This document shows positions 1 through 13,279 of a stretch of 64,000 bases of DNA, piece after piece. The stretch is from positions 4,094,001 through 4,158,000 of the forward strand of contig NC_087246.1 of the NCBI RefSeq assembly GCF_037042905.1. The letters run 5' to 3'. The stretch is from Lytechinus pictus (taxonomy: Eukaryota). Position 1 is the stretch's first letter. The number at the start of each line of letters is the position of its first letter. The notes below the pieces were generated by a model. The model made no database searches and was not told the DNA's origin. It saw only the letters and a list, made by a program, of their open reading frames with translations. The translations under genes and the position numbers were made by a program.

Positions 1-1873
1 AGTTGTGATCTAAAATGATATACATGTACTCAAGTTTAAGTTACGCACATGAAATGAAAATTATCAAATGTCTACTTTCATGAGCACAACACATACTATT
101 CACAAGCAATTTCTACCAGAATCATTTAGCAAATAACGAGACACTTTATAGTGGTACGATATTTGTTTTAATAATTTTTGGCCGAATAAAAACTCTTTAT
201 AATCTCTTTATTTTAAACATTCTATAAAAATCTGAATAAAAGCAATCAGGATACATGTTTAGACTGTATGTGTACATTCAGCAGGTGTTGTAGACTTCCA
301 TTGTCAACTACAGTAATCAGCTGTGTCAATTGTCCTGTATTACTAATAGAAACGCCTAATTATCTTCTTGGAATGAATCATGATTATTAAACAGCTGATA
401 TGCATTAGCCTTTTGACAAGGCCTCTTGACTTGGCTCTATTCCTCGTCAAGCGGTGGCTGAGACGAGACAAGTGACCAACGAAGAGAACTGGCGATACCT
501 GAGTGAGCGTGAGAGCGAGCGACTATAGTCGCGAGGCCTTTCGGAATCTGGTGAAGACGTGAATATTAGAATTATTCATAAGCATGCTGATGCGCCAATC
601 CGCACCATCGGTGTCTATGACGTCATGGGACCGGGTTTATTTGCTTAGAACTGTGACACAGGGTCATACGTAGGGTTCATTGATGACGCTCGCTGATTGG
701 CTGCTACCTCTCAGGTAGCGATTCTGATTCGTAAACAATGGTTAACATAAGAAATCTAAATCAGGTTCCTAAATAGTAAAGGCCCTGTGACTGAGCTCGA
801 AATCCTGACACTCACTCAGTTTTTGCGAAGTCTTTTTTCCAGTCAGTACATGTAGGTATGTGATATAAATATCACAACAGACAGAAGGCTACTGTAGATA
901 TGCATGTGCTGTAGTACCAAATCCAAACAAATTAAATCTGGGCTCCATTCTATGAACATTACACATATTATCACTACATGTGCAATAACATCCTTTATAG
1001 CAAAGAATACCTACATACATGTAGGCCTACATAAATGTGTATGTTAATGTACAGTAGGCCTAAACATGGGGTCAAATATACATGGTTTATCCCCCCCCCC
1101 CTCCAAAAAAAAAAGAAGACAAATGAAATAAAATAAAAACAAATACAAATTAAACAAAATAAAACCATGTAAATAAAGGTTAAAGAAAAATTTAACTTTA
1201 CAATTAAACAAACAGAAAAATAGGCCGACTAGTACTATGTAAACAATAAACTTGACAACAGAAACAAAGACACTACATGTACATAGGTACGTACATGTAC
1301 ATACATGTACAGGCCTATGTTATGATGAACATATTGTACTTTGGTATGGTTAGATGGGAGATTCTACATGTAGGCCTATACTTGAATGTACATTGTTGGC
1401 AACATAGGCTAGTATATATCCCATTATAAGAATAGAACAAGATGTATGATCTATAGGCAAAACATGATGCCAACAACCCCATAGAGGCATAGCCTATACT
1501 TGGAGTCTCTGTGTAGATGTATTTTCAGTGACACAACATTTACTCCAGCGACAATTGCTCCGGGCATTATTTCGTCTAAGATATAGGATTAGGGTTGCTA
1601 TATAGGGTTTTATGTTAGGTTTAGGGATAGGTTCAGTGAGTGTAGGGTATAGTGTTAAATCCATGGTTGAAGTTGGTCATTCCAATTAATGTGTGGAATT
1701 TGCAGCAGAGTAATTGATGCCAGAGCAAATGTCATGGAACCGTAAATTCACCCCCAGTTGTCTGCACTATTTACTTCCAAAACACAGAGATTGTTACAAT
1801 GACATGTTCTGCAATTATCTACTGAACTTGTTTCAAATGTTTTCTTTGAATTCACAGAGTATGAAGGACTTAC

Positions 1874-1973
1874 TTTCATCTGCTTGTGGTGCTGAGAGGA
1901 TATCACTGTGCTTCTTCTTTACTTCATCCACATTCTTTGAGATCTTGTCAATATTATTTCTCACCTCTTCCAC
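1874..1973 (-). CDS. STX1: Syntaxin-1, coding exon 3 ([33 protein letters not shown]); gene continues beyond the left window edge
   Basis: tgtgcag acceptor, GTAAGT donor, 100 nt; Habc-domain sequence (VEEVKxKHSxILxxP). Confidence 0.95.
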
Positions 1974-2475
1974 CTGCACAATTGATAATAAATCAAAAGA
2001 AAATTAAAAATAAAGAATGATAAAATTTAGTCACTAATGTAGGTCTGGGAATGAATACTAAAAGCTACATGTATGTCCAAAATTTGCAGAAAAAAACATG
2101 TTCAGTGCATTTAACATTTTGGTGATATTTTTCCCACTAGTGAAACTGTGCTTCTGAGCAAAGTGACCTTGATGATGACATTACGACGCCCTATCACAGA
2201 ACCTCATGTTTCAAAGCAAGTAAAATATCCCTGTCCGATACCACTATCTGAAAATTCTGAATTATTGTGATATCACTTTTTTATTTTTCTTTTAAAAATA
2301 TTGCCTTAACAGGTTTCTCCTTAATGACCGAAGATGAATCTTAATAGTAAAAAAAAGTTTGTTCCAATGACTTTTCCCTTGTTTCATTAGAATAGGCAAA
2401 TTTCAAAACAAGTTAGTATGCAAGCATGCCTGACATAGCAGGATGCAGAAATTAAATAGACCAGGTGACTAGAAT

Positions 2476-2875
2476 GGTTTATTTCAAATTCATCTTAATG
2501 CCAATTTGTCCAATTGTCAACTCATCTACTATTTGGTCTACCATCAGTTCGTCCACTCACCACATATGTACTTTCATGTTGTCTAATGCTATTCTGTCTA
2601 ATAACCAGTTGGTCCAATAGCTATTTAGTCCATATACCATTTGGTCTAATTGGACTAACTTGTGCTAAATTGTGCAAAATATATCAAAATGAAATGGACA
2701 TCAGACCAACTGGTTATGAGACGAAACTGTCATAGAAGAAATTGTGATTAGACGAAATGATTGGACCAAATGGTTGTTAGACGAAATGTTGATGGACGGA
2801 ATGGCATTAGACTATTAAAATTAAAGTAGACCATGTGGTGAGTGGAGGAGTTGGCAGACGAATTGGCAATTTACC
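2476..2875. mobile_element. Fold-back-type non-autonomous DNA transposon with 8-bp TSD
   Basis: ACTAGAAT direct repeat at 2468-2475 and 2876-2883; GGT...ACC termini; ~16-bp GAC(G/C)AAATGG-type repeats in opposite orientation in the two halves. A more decayed relative lies at ~50100-50530. Confidence 0.75.
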
Positions 2876-3346
2876 ACTAGAATAGTAGTAGCACATCAAT
2901 AACATGTTATGAAGGTATAGGTTTTTGTAGTATTTCTAATGTACTTCGCCATCTGTTAAATACCAGTCGCTACTTACAATGTACATGGACACATTTTGGA
3001 TTTTTGTACAATTCAAAATAAATAATCAAGACATCAAAGTTGTTGCTTGTCTCATTAAGTATTAAATCTCCATGCCATTTTCGTTGAAATTACCTTTTTC
3101 TGATCATGCATGGAATGGAAACTACAAACTGATCTATTATCTCCTGGAATACACTGTACAGTCCCTTTAGATGGAATACCAAGTCATAGGTCTTTTAGGC
3201 AAGGGTAACAGTTTACTTTGTAATTTGTAATATGGCTGATATTTTATGGTAATTCAGTCATGTATGTGTACTATACAGTTGTGCATCATCAACCCCATGC
3301 CTTGAATCATTATTTTCAAAAAGTACAAAACTAGCATGAAGCTTAC

Positions 3347-3424
3347 CTGTTCAAAGAACTCTTCCATGAACTTCTCTGACTCCACATTGACCGCGACCTC
3401 TGGGCCCACATCATCTTCCTCATT
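3347..3424 (-). CDS. STX1: Syntaxin-1, coding exon 2 (NEEDDVGPEVAVNVESEKFMEEFFEQ)
   Basis: ttttag acceptor, GTAAGC donor, 78 nt; FMEEFFEQ is the start of the syntaxin-1 Ha helix. Confidence 0.95.
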
Positions 3425-4450
3425 CTAAAATTAATAAAGACACAAAATATTACCATAAACTTGGTATCAAAGTTAAATCATACATAGTGATTCATGGGGG
3501 AGGGGCTGAAATCAAATTGTGTTCAGCCTTAATGTTATACCTTGTGTGACAAGGAGATATGGGATCACAAGTGCTAAAAGTAACAATTGTGTGACAACTT
3601 TAACAAGGCTCCTCTCTTTTACATACATGTACGTTCTTTTTTGCACACCTACACATACATGTAGGGCCATGTGTCATTGGTTTAATCAAGTAAATACAAA
3701 ACCAAGGGGGCTACAGGAACATACATGTATTACAGTATATCATTTCAATACCAAGATTATTTCGACCCATCTCACAGTCAAGGGGGAGGGGCGGTTTCCA
3801 CCCGAGATGCAGTCCTGCCAACCTCTGGCAATGAAAAATTGTATTCTGTGATTTAAAAAAAATGTATTTCATAATAAAATGTGTGGCGCGCACGCTCACC
3901 ACGGCACTCAAGCTGCATGCAAGCTAAAATGCACACTGCTCTTGCAGATCAGATGAAAAAGAAAACATTGAAACATGTGTATATATCTCACCCTGGTTTT
4001 AACAAAATGATTAAAAAAAATAAATGTAAGTTACCTGAAATTACATTGATCCAATAACCATATTTGTGAAAGTTTTATGAAATAGAGACATATAGAGAGC
4101 TATGACTTTTCTCAATTTTTTTTTACAAAATCATATTTTTTAAAGAAAAAAAAGTTTTTGGTTGCAAAAACATTCTAAATACGCCAAAAACGTACTGGTT
4201 GGCAGCTCTGGAGATGATACATGTAGATCTTGCGCGCTGATCGCGCAAACGCTGCAAAAAATTACAAAGTAATAGTGTGTGTTGAAATCTACAAGGTTGT
4301 ATGGTATCTTTCTAAAATATTTTTTTTATAGGAATTACATTGTATGCTAATTTATGCATAGAATCAAAAGTGAGCTACATGTATGTGTAATTAAGTTTGC
4401 CCCTTCCTCCCCCAACCCCCAGTTTTTACCTGTGTTTTACATGTAATATA

Positions 4451-5310
4451 CAGTATCAGCCATTCCAATGTGACTCGCGTGACATTTACACAAAATTTCA
4501 ACTTCTGATTTACGGTAGGTTATTATAGGAGATATTTCAATTTGTTTGTTTTGACTCGTGTGACGCAACACTATGAAGATTCCTGACTTTACTGTATATG
4601 ACTGGAATTTCCTAAAAAGATATTCATCAGATTTAGATCAAATATTCTGGAGTTTATTTTGAAACATCTGGAAATATGATGTTAAAATTTCATTAACTCC
4701 TGAGTTTTTATTTTGAGTAAATTGCCGTTTGAAAATGTGACTCGCGTGACACAGAATGTGATTCGCGTGACAAGGGTCATTTTAGACTTAAACTTGAATC
4801 AATTTTCATGATTTTATACAGTAAAATGGGCCAACTATTAATCGAACAGAACATTTATGGATATTTACATCCCATTTATCTTTTAAACAAAGGAAATTTA
4901 AAGTCAAGCTCTGATACATCCACTTACAAATAGTCTGTACATGAAAGTCTATATGTTGGACTATAATCCCAAAGACCCAAACGTGTTATTAATAGCATTT
5001 AACAATGTGTTTCTAAATAAAAGTTATCACTCAGGTCTACATGTAAATAAATGACATCTGCCCAAAAATCCTAATGATCATTTTCCCAAAAAATTTTGCT
5101 CATTTTGCGATGTGACTCGCGTGACAGCACTTTAGGGTGTTTTTTTTTGTAATATAATGAAGGGGTTTACAGTTGGCATTTTTCTTTACTGGATTGATTT
5201 AGGACCTTATGCTCCTTTCTTTTTATCAACTACAGTTCTAATTACACTACCTAATAAGTAAACTGAAATATATCGGTGTATTTTTGTAACTCACGTGACA
5301 CATTTCGAGG
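4451..5310. repeat. Probable transposon end with repeated GTGACTCGCGTGAC motif
   Basis: About six same-orientation copies (near 4470, 4552, 4737, 4758, 5113, 5287); cut off by the L2 element; no matching second terminus identified. Confidence 0.45.
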
Positions 5311-5359
5311 GTGTTTTCAACTTGAAATATTAGCAAGCTCGGACAATAAAAGTGCAAAA

Positions 5360-6953
5360 AGCAAAGCTTCAGTTCGACCCTTGTTAAAGAAACCACATTT
5401 AGATCCAGACGTTTTGATTAACTATCGTCCTGTTTCTAGGCTATCTTTTGTATCTAAGCTCATTGAAAGAGTGGTAGTCAGTCAAACTAAAAAAAATATC
5501 TTGATAAGAATAATTTGTTTCATTCTACTCAGTTTGCATATATAGAGCTTTTCATAGCACTGAGACAGCCCTAGTCCGTGTCCAAAATGATATCTTATAT
5601 GGCCTTGACAAGAAGCAAGAAACCATTTTGGTACTTTTAGACTTTTCTTCCGCTTTTGAAACAATTGATATTTGGTTATTGAAGCAAAGGTTATCCTCAC
5701 AGTTTGGCTTTGGTAGTACTGCTTTGAAGTGGTATGTATCTTATTTATCTAATCGTTTCCAGACTGTGTCTGTTAAATCTGTGAATTCTGACAGACATAA
5801 CCTGTGGTCTGGAGTTCCACAGGGCTCTGTGGCTGGTCCGTTGATTTTTACAATGTTTATATCTCCCCTTCAGAATATCATAAGGGCACACGGTATTTCA
5901 TGTATGATGTACACTGATGATGTTCAATTACCGGTATATACCACTTTTAGTGCTAGGGATCGCTCTTGTAATATCCAAAAAATGGAAGATTGTTTGAAGA
6001 ATGTTAGAACTTGGTCATGTAAGCTTTCTTTAAATGATTCTAAGACTGAACTTGTTCACTTTCATTCTGTATTGTTCTGATGTTCTGCAAATTAGTGTAA
6101 GGATCCGGCAGTCTGTAATTACAGTAAGCCTTCAAATATAGTGTGGAATCTTGGTGCTGTCATGGATTCATCCCTTTCCATGTCTCAAAATGTTGATATT
6201 ATGTAAGTCTGCCTTTGTAGCTTTAAGAAAAATAAGTAAAATCTGTAGGTTTCTTGACCAGAATACAGCCCATCGTCTTATTCATGCGTTTGTCACATCT
6301 CGCTTGGATAATTGTAATTCCCTTCTCTTTGGCCTTTCCACAAAAATGACCTCAAATCTCCAGCGCATCCAAAACACAGCGGCTCGTCTTGTTTCCTGTG
6401 TCCCTTGTTCTTCCCACATTACTCCTGTGCTTTGCAAACTCCACTGGCTCCTATTACTTCTCGTATCAACTACACAATTCTTCTTCTTGTTTTCAAGTCA
6501 TATCATGGTCTAGCTCCTTCATACCTTTCTGAACTCCTTCCTCGATATCAGCCAGTTCGAGTTCTACGTTCTGCTTCTCAATCTCTTCTTTTTAGATCTC
6601 ATACTTCTTACAAACAATACGGTCAGCGTTCTTTCTCTTACGTATGCAGCTTCATTTCTTTGGAACAATCCCCCCCTACAAATTCGCAATGCTAACTGTG
6701 TTAATACATAAAGTTATGCTTAAAACTCATCTTTTTAAATCTTAAATTGATCATATATATGTTCATTGGCCCATTCGATGGTATTTCTTTATTTATGATC
6801 TGGTGAGAAAAAGTTGTAAATTGTAATATTAGTTTTGATACATTTTGTTGTGCAAAGTATTTCTATTTCCTTTCATATTCCCTTTCTCTTAACCGCTTAG
6901 AGGCAATTTGCAAATTTGCGGTATATAAAATTGTTATTATTATTATTATTATT
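5360..6953 (+). mobile_element. 5'-truncated, frameshifted L2-clade LINE (RT and C-terminal domain)
   Basis: ORF fragments with NYRPVS, LLDFSSAFETID, GVPQGSVAGP, MYTDD and SRLDNCNSLL...LHWL; 3' stem-loop and (ATT)n tail. Confidence 0.92.
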
Positions 6954-7286
6954 AAAGTGATGTGTTAAAATGGCTCTAAGATGAGATGGAATCATTTTAC
7001 TGACAAAAAAAAAAAAATACTTTTTTACACTGCACAGTATGCAAATTTGACATCTCTTTAGGATTATGTAACTCGGTCATTTGTGTGTGAAAGGCAGTGA
7101 AATCTTAGATTTACACCTCTTAGACATGTACCTAGCCAAAAATAATTATTCTTCATTGATTGGTTTAACTTGAAATTTGAAGCCTAGGGTATCTAGTTGT
7201 ATGGTATGGCTGGTATATTTTTGTACATGTAGATAATGTACATGTACATGTAACTCAATGTACAAGAACAGAAAAAACAACTATAT

Positions 7287-7751
7287 CGTCGCTGATTCCA
7301 CGAAGTGGCACACGCGACCGTTGATGCGTGAAATCACTTTTCGAGATAAACGCGAATAAAGATTTTCACATTTTCAACTGCCCATTGCTATATGACTGTG
7401 AAGTTTAACAGAATGAAGAATGCACATACCAAGAGCCAGGTATCTACTGCTGCATTCCATGTTAAAAATGTATGAACATCAAATCTTGACGTAGCAGTGA
7501 TTCAAACACAAGTGTCGTTTTGTGCGTAGAAACGGCGCGCACCTGTGTGCCACTTCGTGGATTTTTTTTACAAAGGATTTTAAGGCTTGTATCGCTTTTT
7601 CACTTTAATTATCTCATTAATTAGAAAGAATTGGGTTCTAAATTTCGGTGAAATAATAGACCTTGACTAAGAATACTAAAACTGAAAGAAACTAAAAATT
7701 GACCTTTCACATGATTTTGGGACATTGTGCCACTTTGTGGATTCAGCAACT
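7287..7751. mobile_element. MITE with ~25-bp TIRs and a probable 4-bp ATAT-type TSD
   Basis: CGTCGCTGATTCCACGAAGTGGCACA ... TGTGCCACTTTGTGGATTCAGCAACT; flanks ATAT / ATGT; an extra internal copy of the TIR core near 7546. Confidence 0.7.
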
Positions 7752-7929
7752 ATGTACATGTACATGTACCTACAGTGTATAAGTAATGACTCCCTCGAGT
7801 TGCTAATCATGAACATTCTATTCATACATGTACATATACAGCCTTCAGTAATAGGTGATTACACAAATAGTTTATCAACATTTCCTTGGCAACCAGCCTC
7901 CATACATGTATTTGGCATGACTAGCATAT

Positions 7930-10900
7930 GGTCATTTTCACAATATATGGTGTAACTCTGAAATTTCAATGTTTTTATCTGTAGCAGTCTCATAAAGCCA
8001 CATAATTTAAAGATGCTTTGGCATATGAGTAACCTCAATGAGTGCTACCTCGGGTAGCATAGACATCTTCACTCATTACTTCGTTTAATTTTGGCAGGCA
8101 CATAAGTACCCTAAGTTGCACCTTTTTTGTGTACATAAAATACATAGACTTTTTTTGGAATGCCCTTTCTTATTTCTGGAATGTTGATGATTACTTTCGT
8201 TATGCAGAATGTGAAGTTAGATGTTCAATGAAAAATACCAGATAGGTTTTTAGTGTGACTGCTTCTTTATTTCTGAGAACGGGGTGGTCCAATTTGTTGT
8301 TTCGGAGGCTTCATTTTCCGTTAACAATAGCTAACAAACTTTGTATTCCGAGCATTGGTTTTCAAAAAATAAAATTCTGCTCCCTAGGACCTTTATGCAA
8401 CATTTGAAGTATAAACTTCCAAATAAAAACAAAATATCTTGGATCACACTTCTTTTTACAATTTTTTCAAAGCCTAACTGATCAAGGTTAATTTTCCGTT
8501 AACTGTTTTGAAGCCTCCGAAACAAACTTTACAGACTGCCCATATAAATATGAACGAAGGAACTTGTCCAATCAATACATCACAATGTAGTATATGGACA
8601 CCTAGTTCACCTGTCAATAAATAGCAGAGATATTCCTTGCTGTTTGAAAATAAGAGATGATACTAACTTTCCGTTAACAATTGAAGCCTCCGAAACACTT
8701 GAAGCCTCCGAAACAGTCAAATCACTTGTTTTTATTTTTTTGTTACTTCAGTCCAAAATTTGTAGGTTAAATTTGTATTATAATCATATGTTATGTTGTA
8801 TAGACTGGCCTCAGGTAGAAATTGTATGAATATCAATTCAATTTTTTTCAGAATTCGCTGATAACATAAAAATTCTGTTTAGGAGGCTTCGAACATAAGT
8901 TAACACATGTTTTTTTTTTGTTATTCTAAATTCATAGATAAGAGAGTGTTCACATTTTATTTTGTTGTTGTTGGTTTTGATCTACTTAAGAACAGAAACA
9001 TATTTGATTTTATAATTAATAATATTTCTTAAGTTATACCTGAGCTAAGTATTTGAGATGGGATTTTCCACTCATAAAACATGCATTTCCCTATTTCTAA
9101 CTCAGAATATAAACATTAGATATCAACTAAAAGAAAGAAAAGTCACACATATAAACCATGTAATGTTTATTAATATTGTAATATACAGTGTCTCAAAATA
9201 AAGCTCTGCATTTTCCCAAATTGACAGGCATCCTAAACTTATGTTAACACTTGTTTCGGAGGCTTCAAACAAGAGTTAACACCATATTTTGTGTTATTCC
9301 AATGTCCTGGATAAGAAAAATTAGGCATTTTTTCAACAGCATGTTTGGTTTTGATCTACAAAATTACAGGAATGAGTATTTCTTCATCAGATTTTCAAAT
9401 TTTTAATGATATACAAAAGAACTTGTATTTGTGATTGAATTTTACATTTGTAAACGTGTGTTATCCTCAATCAAATTCAGGTTACTCAGTGTGTAGATAC
9501 ATGCATACTTACACACATACGCACAAATACAATATTTAGGAACATTTTAATATACAAAGATTTAAATAAATCTTTGCATTTTCTCAAATTTTCAAGGTAT
9601 CTGAGACATGTATGTATATATGTACATGTAAATACATGTACATGTAAGTTCTATGTTTCAGAGGCTTCATTCTCTTTGTCATACCATTATAAGTTAAGGT
9701 TTTAAGTTTGTCATCCAAAAACCATAAATTGGTGGACAGACCATCCTTTTATAGATTCTGAGGAAGTAATAGTGTTATTACCACAAATGACTAGATCATG
9801 ATGAACATGTATTGGTATGGAGAAGTTTATGTAAATATTTTAAGCAACATCTAATAGCATATGTATCTTCAAGATAGGCATGAATACCAAATACAGGGTT
9901 CTCATTCTCCAAGCACTTAGTCCATAATAGTACATTTGCTTTTTTCATTATCATTATTTTATCAATATTTTCTGCACAATTTGTTTTGATGGAATTGTGA
10001 ATTCAAGTATTTTCAAAATATAAAAGTCTGTCACTACAATTTATTTCAATGAGCTCTTGGTAATAAGTACATAACAATTGGCATTACACTTTTTGAGTAA
10101 TGTATGAGCAATGCAGAGTGACACAGCCTTATCATGTTCGCAATCAGTGATTGTGAATTGTGATCATCCATTTTGTACATTGATTTCTTCTGAAATACAG
10201 GTTGGTTAGACTGTGACCAGCCACCCCAAACCTACAATAAGTCACTAGGGAAGGTTCTCTGTAAATAGCCAGAATATTATGTTTTTGTAAAAAAATAGAA
10301 AAAAAAACTAATTGGAAAGAGTAATTTTTCTTCTTCATATACAGTCAAAATCTCAAGCAGTAAACTTAGATAGAAAATCAGATAAAATAGTCTTGACAGA
10401 AGTGTTTGTGGACTGTTTGGACTTTTCTCTGAGATCGCTGCATCTTAAGCTTGAATGGACCCTAAACTTTGAACATTGTTTTTCTTTATTTAAAAAGTTT
10501 CTTCTGCATTCAATCAATGACTTACATGTATGTGGGTTATAATGGATTAATTTTGACATGTTATATACCTTTTAAAAGCTTGAGATGAAATAATTTAAAC
10601 TCAATAAAAATTTCATAATTCATTTTGGCAACATATACACTGTAGTTGGATTCGGGATGGCTGGTCACAAATTACCTATCAAAGCAATGTTAATCCCATT
10701 AACTTTCTCAAATAAAATTACTATCTGTGAGAGTTGTATCAGTTTGCCTTGAAGGATTTTCATTTCAGTTTTTAGAATATGATTTGAAATGATTTGTTTA
10801 TAAATACTTAATGTACAGCTTACAATGTATGTCTTGATTGTCTTTTTTAAGAAAAAAAAATGGGAAGTTAACCAAGTGCCAAAGATATGGTAACATGAAA

Positions 10901-12837
10901 AAAGATCAAGATGAAAGCAAAGCATGATATAAAACCTTTCAAGTATAATTTGATTAATTTTGTGAGCTTAAGCTCTAGGTTGGTATGCAGACAGTACTTG
11001 TGCCATAAATAAAATTACCCTAACTCCATTCACTACAAGTGATTCCAATACCAACAATTGTTTTGAATTATAATCATAACTTACATGTATTGTATGTACT
11101 TTTTTTAAAAGCTTGTTGTTGAATGATGCAAAGTAAAGTGCTATTAAGCACTAATTTGAAAGTGCAGTATTAATAAATTCAAGTCCCTAGCATAGAAAAT
11201 TTCACTAATCACACATACATGTACATGTTTGCTCATGGCTATGTTCCTTAACACTTCCATTTGATAAAACAGTAAGGAATAAATATTCAATTTTATATTG
11301 TCATATCAACAATATGGTCGAGGTGCCGCGGCCAAGTGGTCTAAGGTGCCTTGCTATCCATGTACTTGGAAAGTCTGGAGTTTGATCCTCGGCCGTGGCA
11401 CCTATGCCCGTTAGCAAGGCATTTAATTGACAATGCTCTTTTATCCTGCATTCAAATAAATGGAAATGCTATTGGTATTAACTAGGTGTGCATTTGTTTA
11501 AAAAAAATCATACATTTCTAGTGTCAATTCAATTCAAATCCAAACTGCCTTTTAATGTGTGACTTTGATGCACTTACTTTACTTTGGTATTTTGGGTAAT
11601 GCACATCTACCTAACAAGCAGAATTTAAATATAGAAAATATTTCCTGGACATGTTCATTGTAAAAATATTGGATATTACTTTAATATGCATGTATATGTT
11701 ACAGAAACTGTTGGACTATTAACATCACTGAAGTCTCCGAAACATACACTGTTGTTACCTAAAGGCATACAAAAAATAATTGTCAACCAACTTTCTGCAT
11801 TGAACTTAACATATAATTCTGGATTTTTTTACAATTGGATTTAACATAATAATAAACAAGTGTTAAAATTGAAATAAGCTGTTAGCTATATGATGGGAAA
11901 TGCAATATGTTAACATGATTGAAGTCTCCGAAACACTCTGGGAACCCTAGCAAAGCCACTGAAACACAAGTTTCAGTATTTCATCACTTTGTTTATGCAT
12001 CATGAATATTCTTTTCTGTATGAGATGTACTTCTATTACTATATTCCCTTTAAAGCTGAACAATTACCTATCTTGGCACCAAGGCATTGAAATATGATGT
12101 CTTTGTGCAGTAGTTAACATTCGTGAATTACATTTTCCCATTCACGAGACATTAGTTTGTTTGATTTTGTTTACATTCAGTCTTATACTGATATGCCATT
12201 TGAAAAAGATAGATTTGTAAAAGTAATCAACTTAAATAAGGGACTTTCATAGTGCTAACATGACTGAAGTCTCCGAAACACATATTTTTGTTAACTGAAG
12301 CCTCCGAAACACACTTGGGAGAAATTTCCAACTTTCTTATTTGGTATCTGATTTCCATGGGATTTGTGTTAGTAATTAACCTTCATGGAGAAGTAAATGT
12401 ACAATAATTTTTGCTTTCCTCTTCCTCTTGGAAGACATGTAATTTTAAACACTTTGTTGTCAAAATCCAAATTTGTGATAAATTTCAAAAACTCATAGAA
12501 ATTTTTAGAAAACTAATAAACTTTGACTCCAAAACTTTTAAAAACCTCAAAGAACATTTAATTTGTGAATGAAAAAGTGCAAATGAAAATGTTTTCCACG
12601 AAAAAATTTGTAATTTTGGTAATGAAATCAAAAGGCTGATTTTATTCAATTTTTCTCATTTTTCACAGTTGCACATAATTTTTTTGAGGTTTCTCAAGTA
12701 GATTAAGCTCCAGAACAGACAGAAATGAAGAATTTAGACATTTATTGACCTGTTTTTATTAGAAATGTTTAAGAAAGTCCATTTTGAAATTTTGATCTTG
12801 AATTTTGAAAGTTACACCCTTGACCGTGAAAAGGACC
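7930..12837. mobile_element. 4.9-kb non-autonomous DNA transposon with imperfect ~40-bp TIRs, ATAT flanks and subterminal GAAGCCTCCGAAACA repeats
   Basis: Left GGTCATTTTCACAATATATGGTGTAACTCTGAAATTTCAA vs reverse complement of right end GGTCCTTTTCACGGTCAAGGGTGTAACTTTCAAAATTCAA; ATAT at 7926-7929 and 12838-12841; about 11 copies of the 15-mer. Confidence 0.7.
11322..11510 (+). mobile_element. tRNA-derived SINE (degenerate)
   Basis: A box GCGGCCAAGTGG and B box GAGTTTGATCC, followed by a GCAAGGCATTTA body motif. Confidence 0.7.
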
Positions 12838-13279
12838 ATATTTAATTATAATTAGTGAAGAGTTTGGAGTTGATGGGAGGGTATTATTTTTTTATTCTGT
12901 AAATTTACATTTGACATTAAAATGTATATGTAGGTCCAACTGTACAGTAAATGTACATGCCATTTACAAAAATCAACATTTTAAAGAGTTGCCTTTACTA
13001 TCAATTGGAATGATGACAATGTCTTGCACAGACTGTGCCAAAACACTACATGAAGGTACATTGTCCATGTACACTGCAGGCCTACATGTACATGTTCAAC
13101 TCAGATGATCTACTGGCCATTGTAGGCCTACAATTGATAGCAGGTATGACAATGACTGTACTTGAGCACAATATCTACATGTATTTGCCTACAAGTACTT
13201 GTTTCACTATCGTGTAGGCCTATACAATGTAGATAACAAGAGTGTCGCTAAGGCAAGCACATAATATGCCCGCCTGTAA

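Noticed and set aside
420..800. CpG-rich block with CCAAT/CRE-like motifs
   Set aside because: I could not define TIRs, a TSD or an exon; it may be a young repeat or an enhancer, but support is insufficient.
1714..2007. 97-aa plus-strand ORF
   Set aside because: Antisense shadow of syntaxin exon 3; most other short ORFs in the track similarly overlap repeats, microsatellites or antisense exons.
10353..10559. Possible Crypton/DUF3504-like remnant (KSKQSTNTSVKTILSDFL)
   Set aside because: The similarity is short and impressionistic, and no catalytic tyrosine-recombinase motifs were found.
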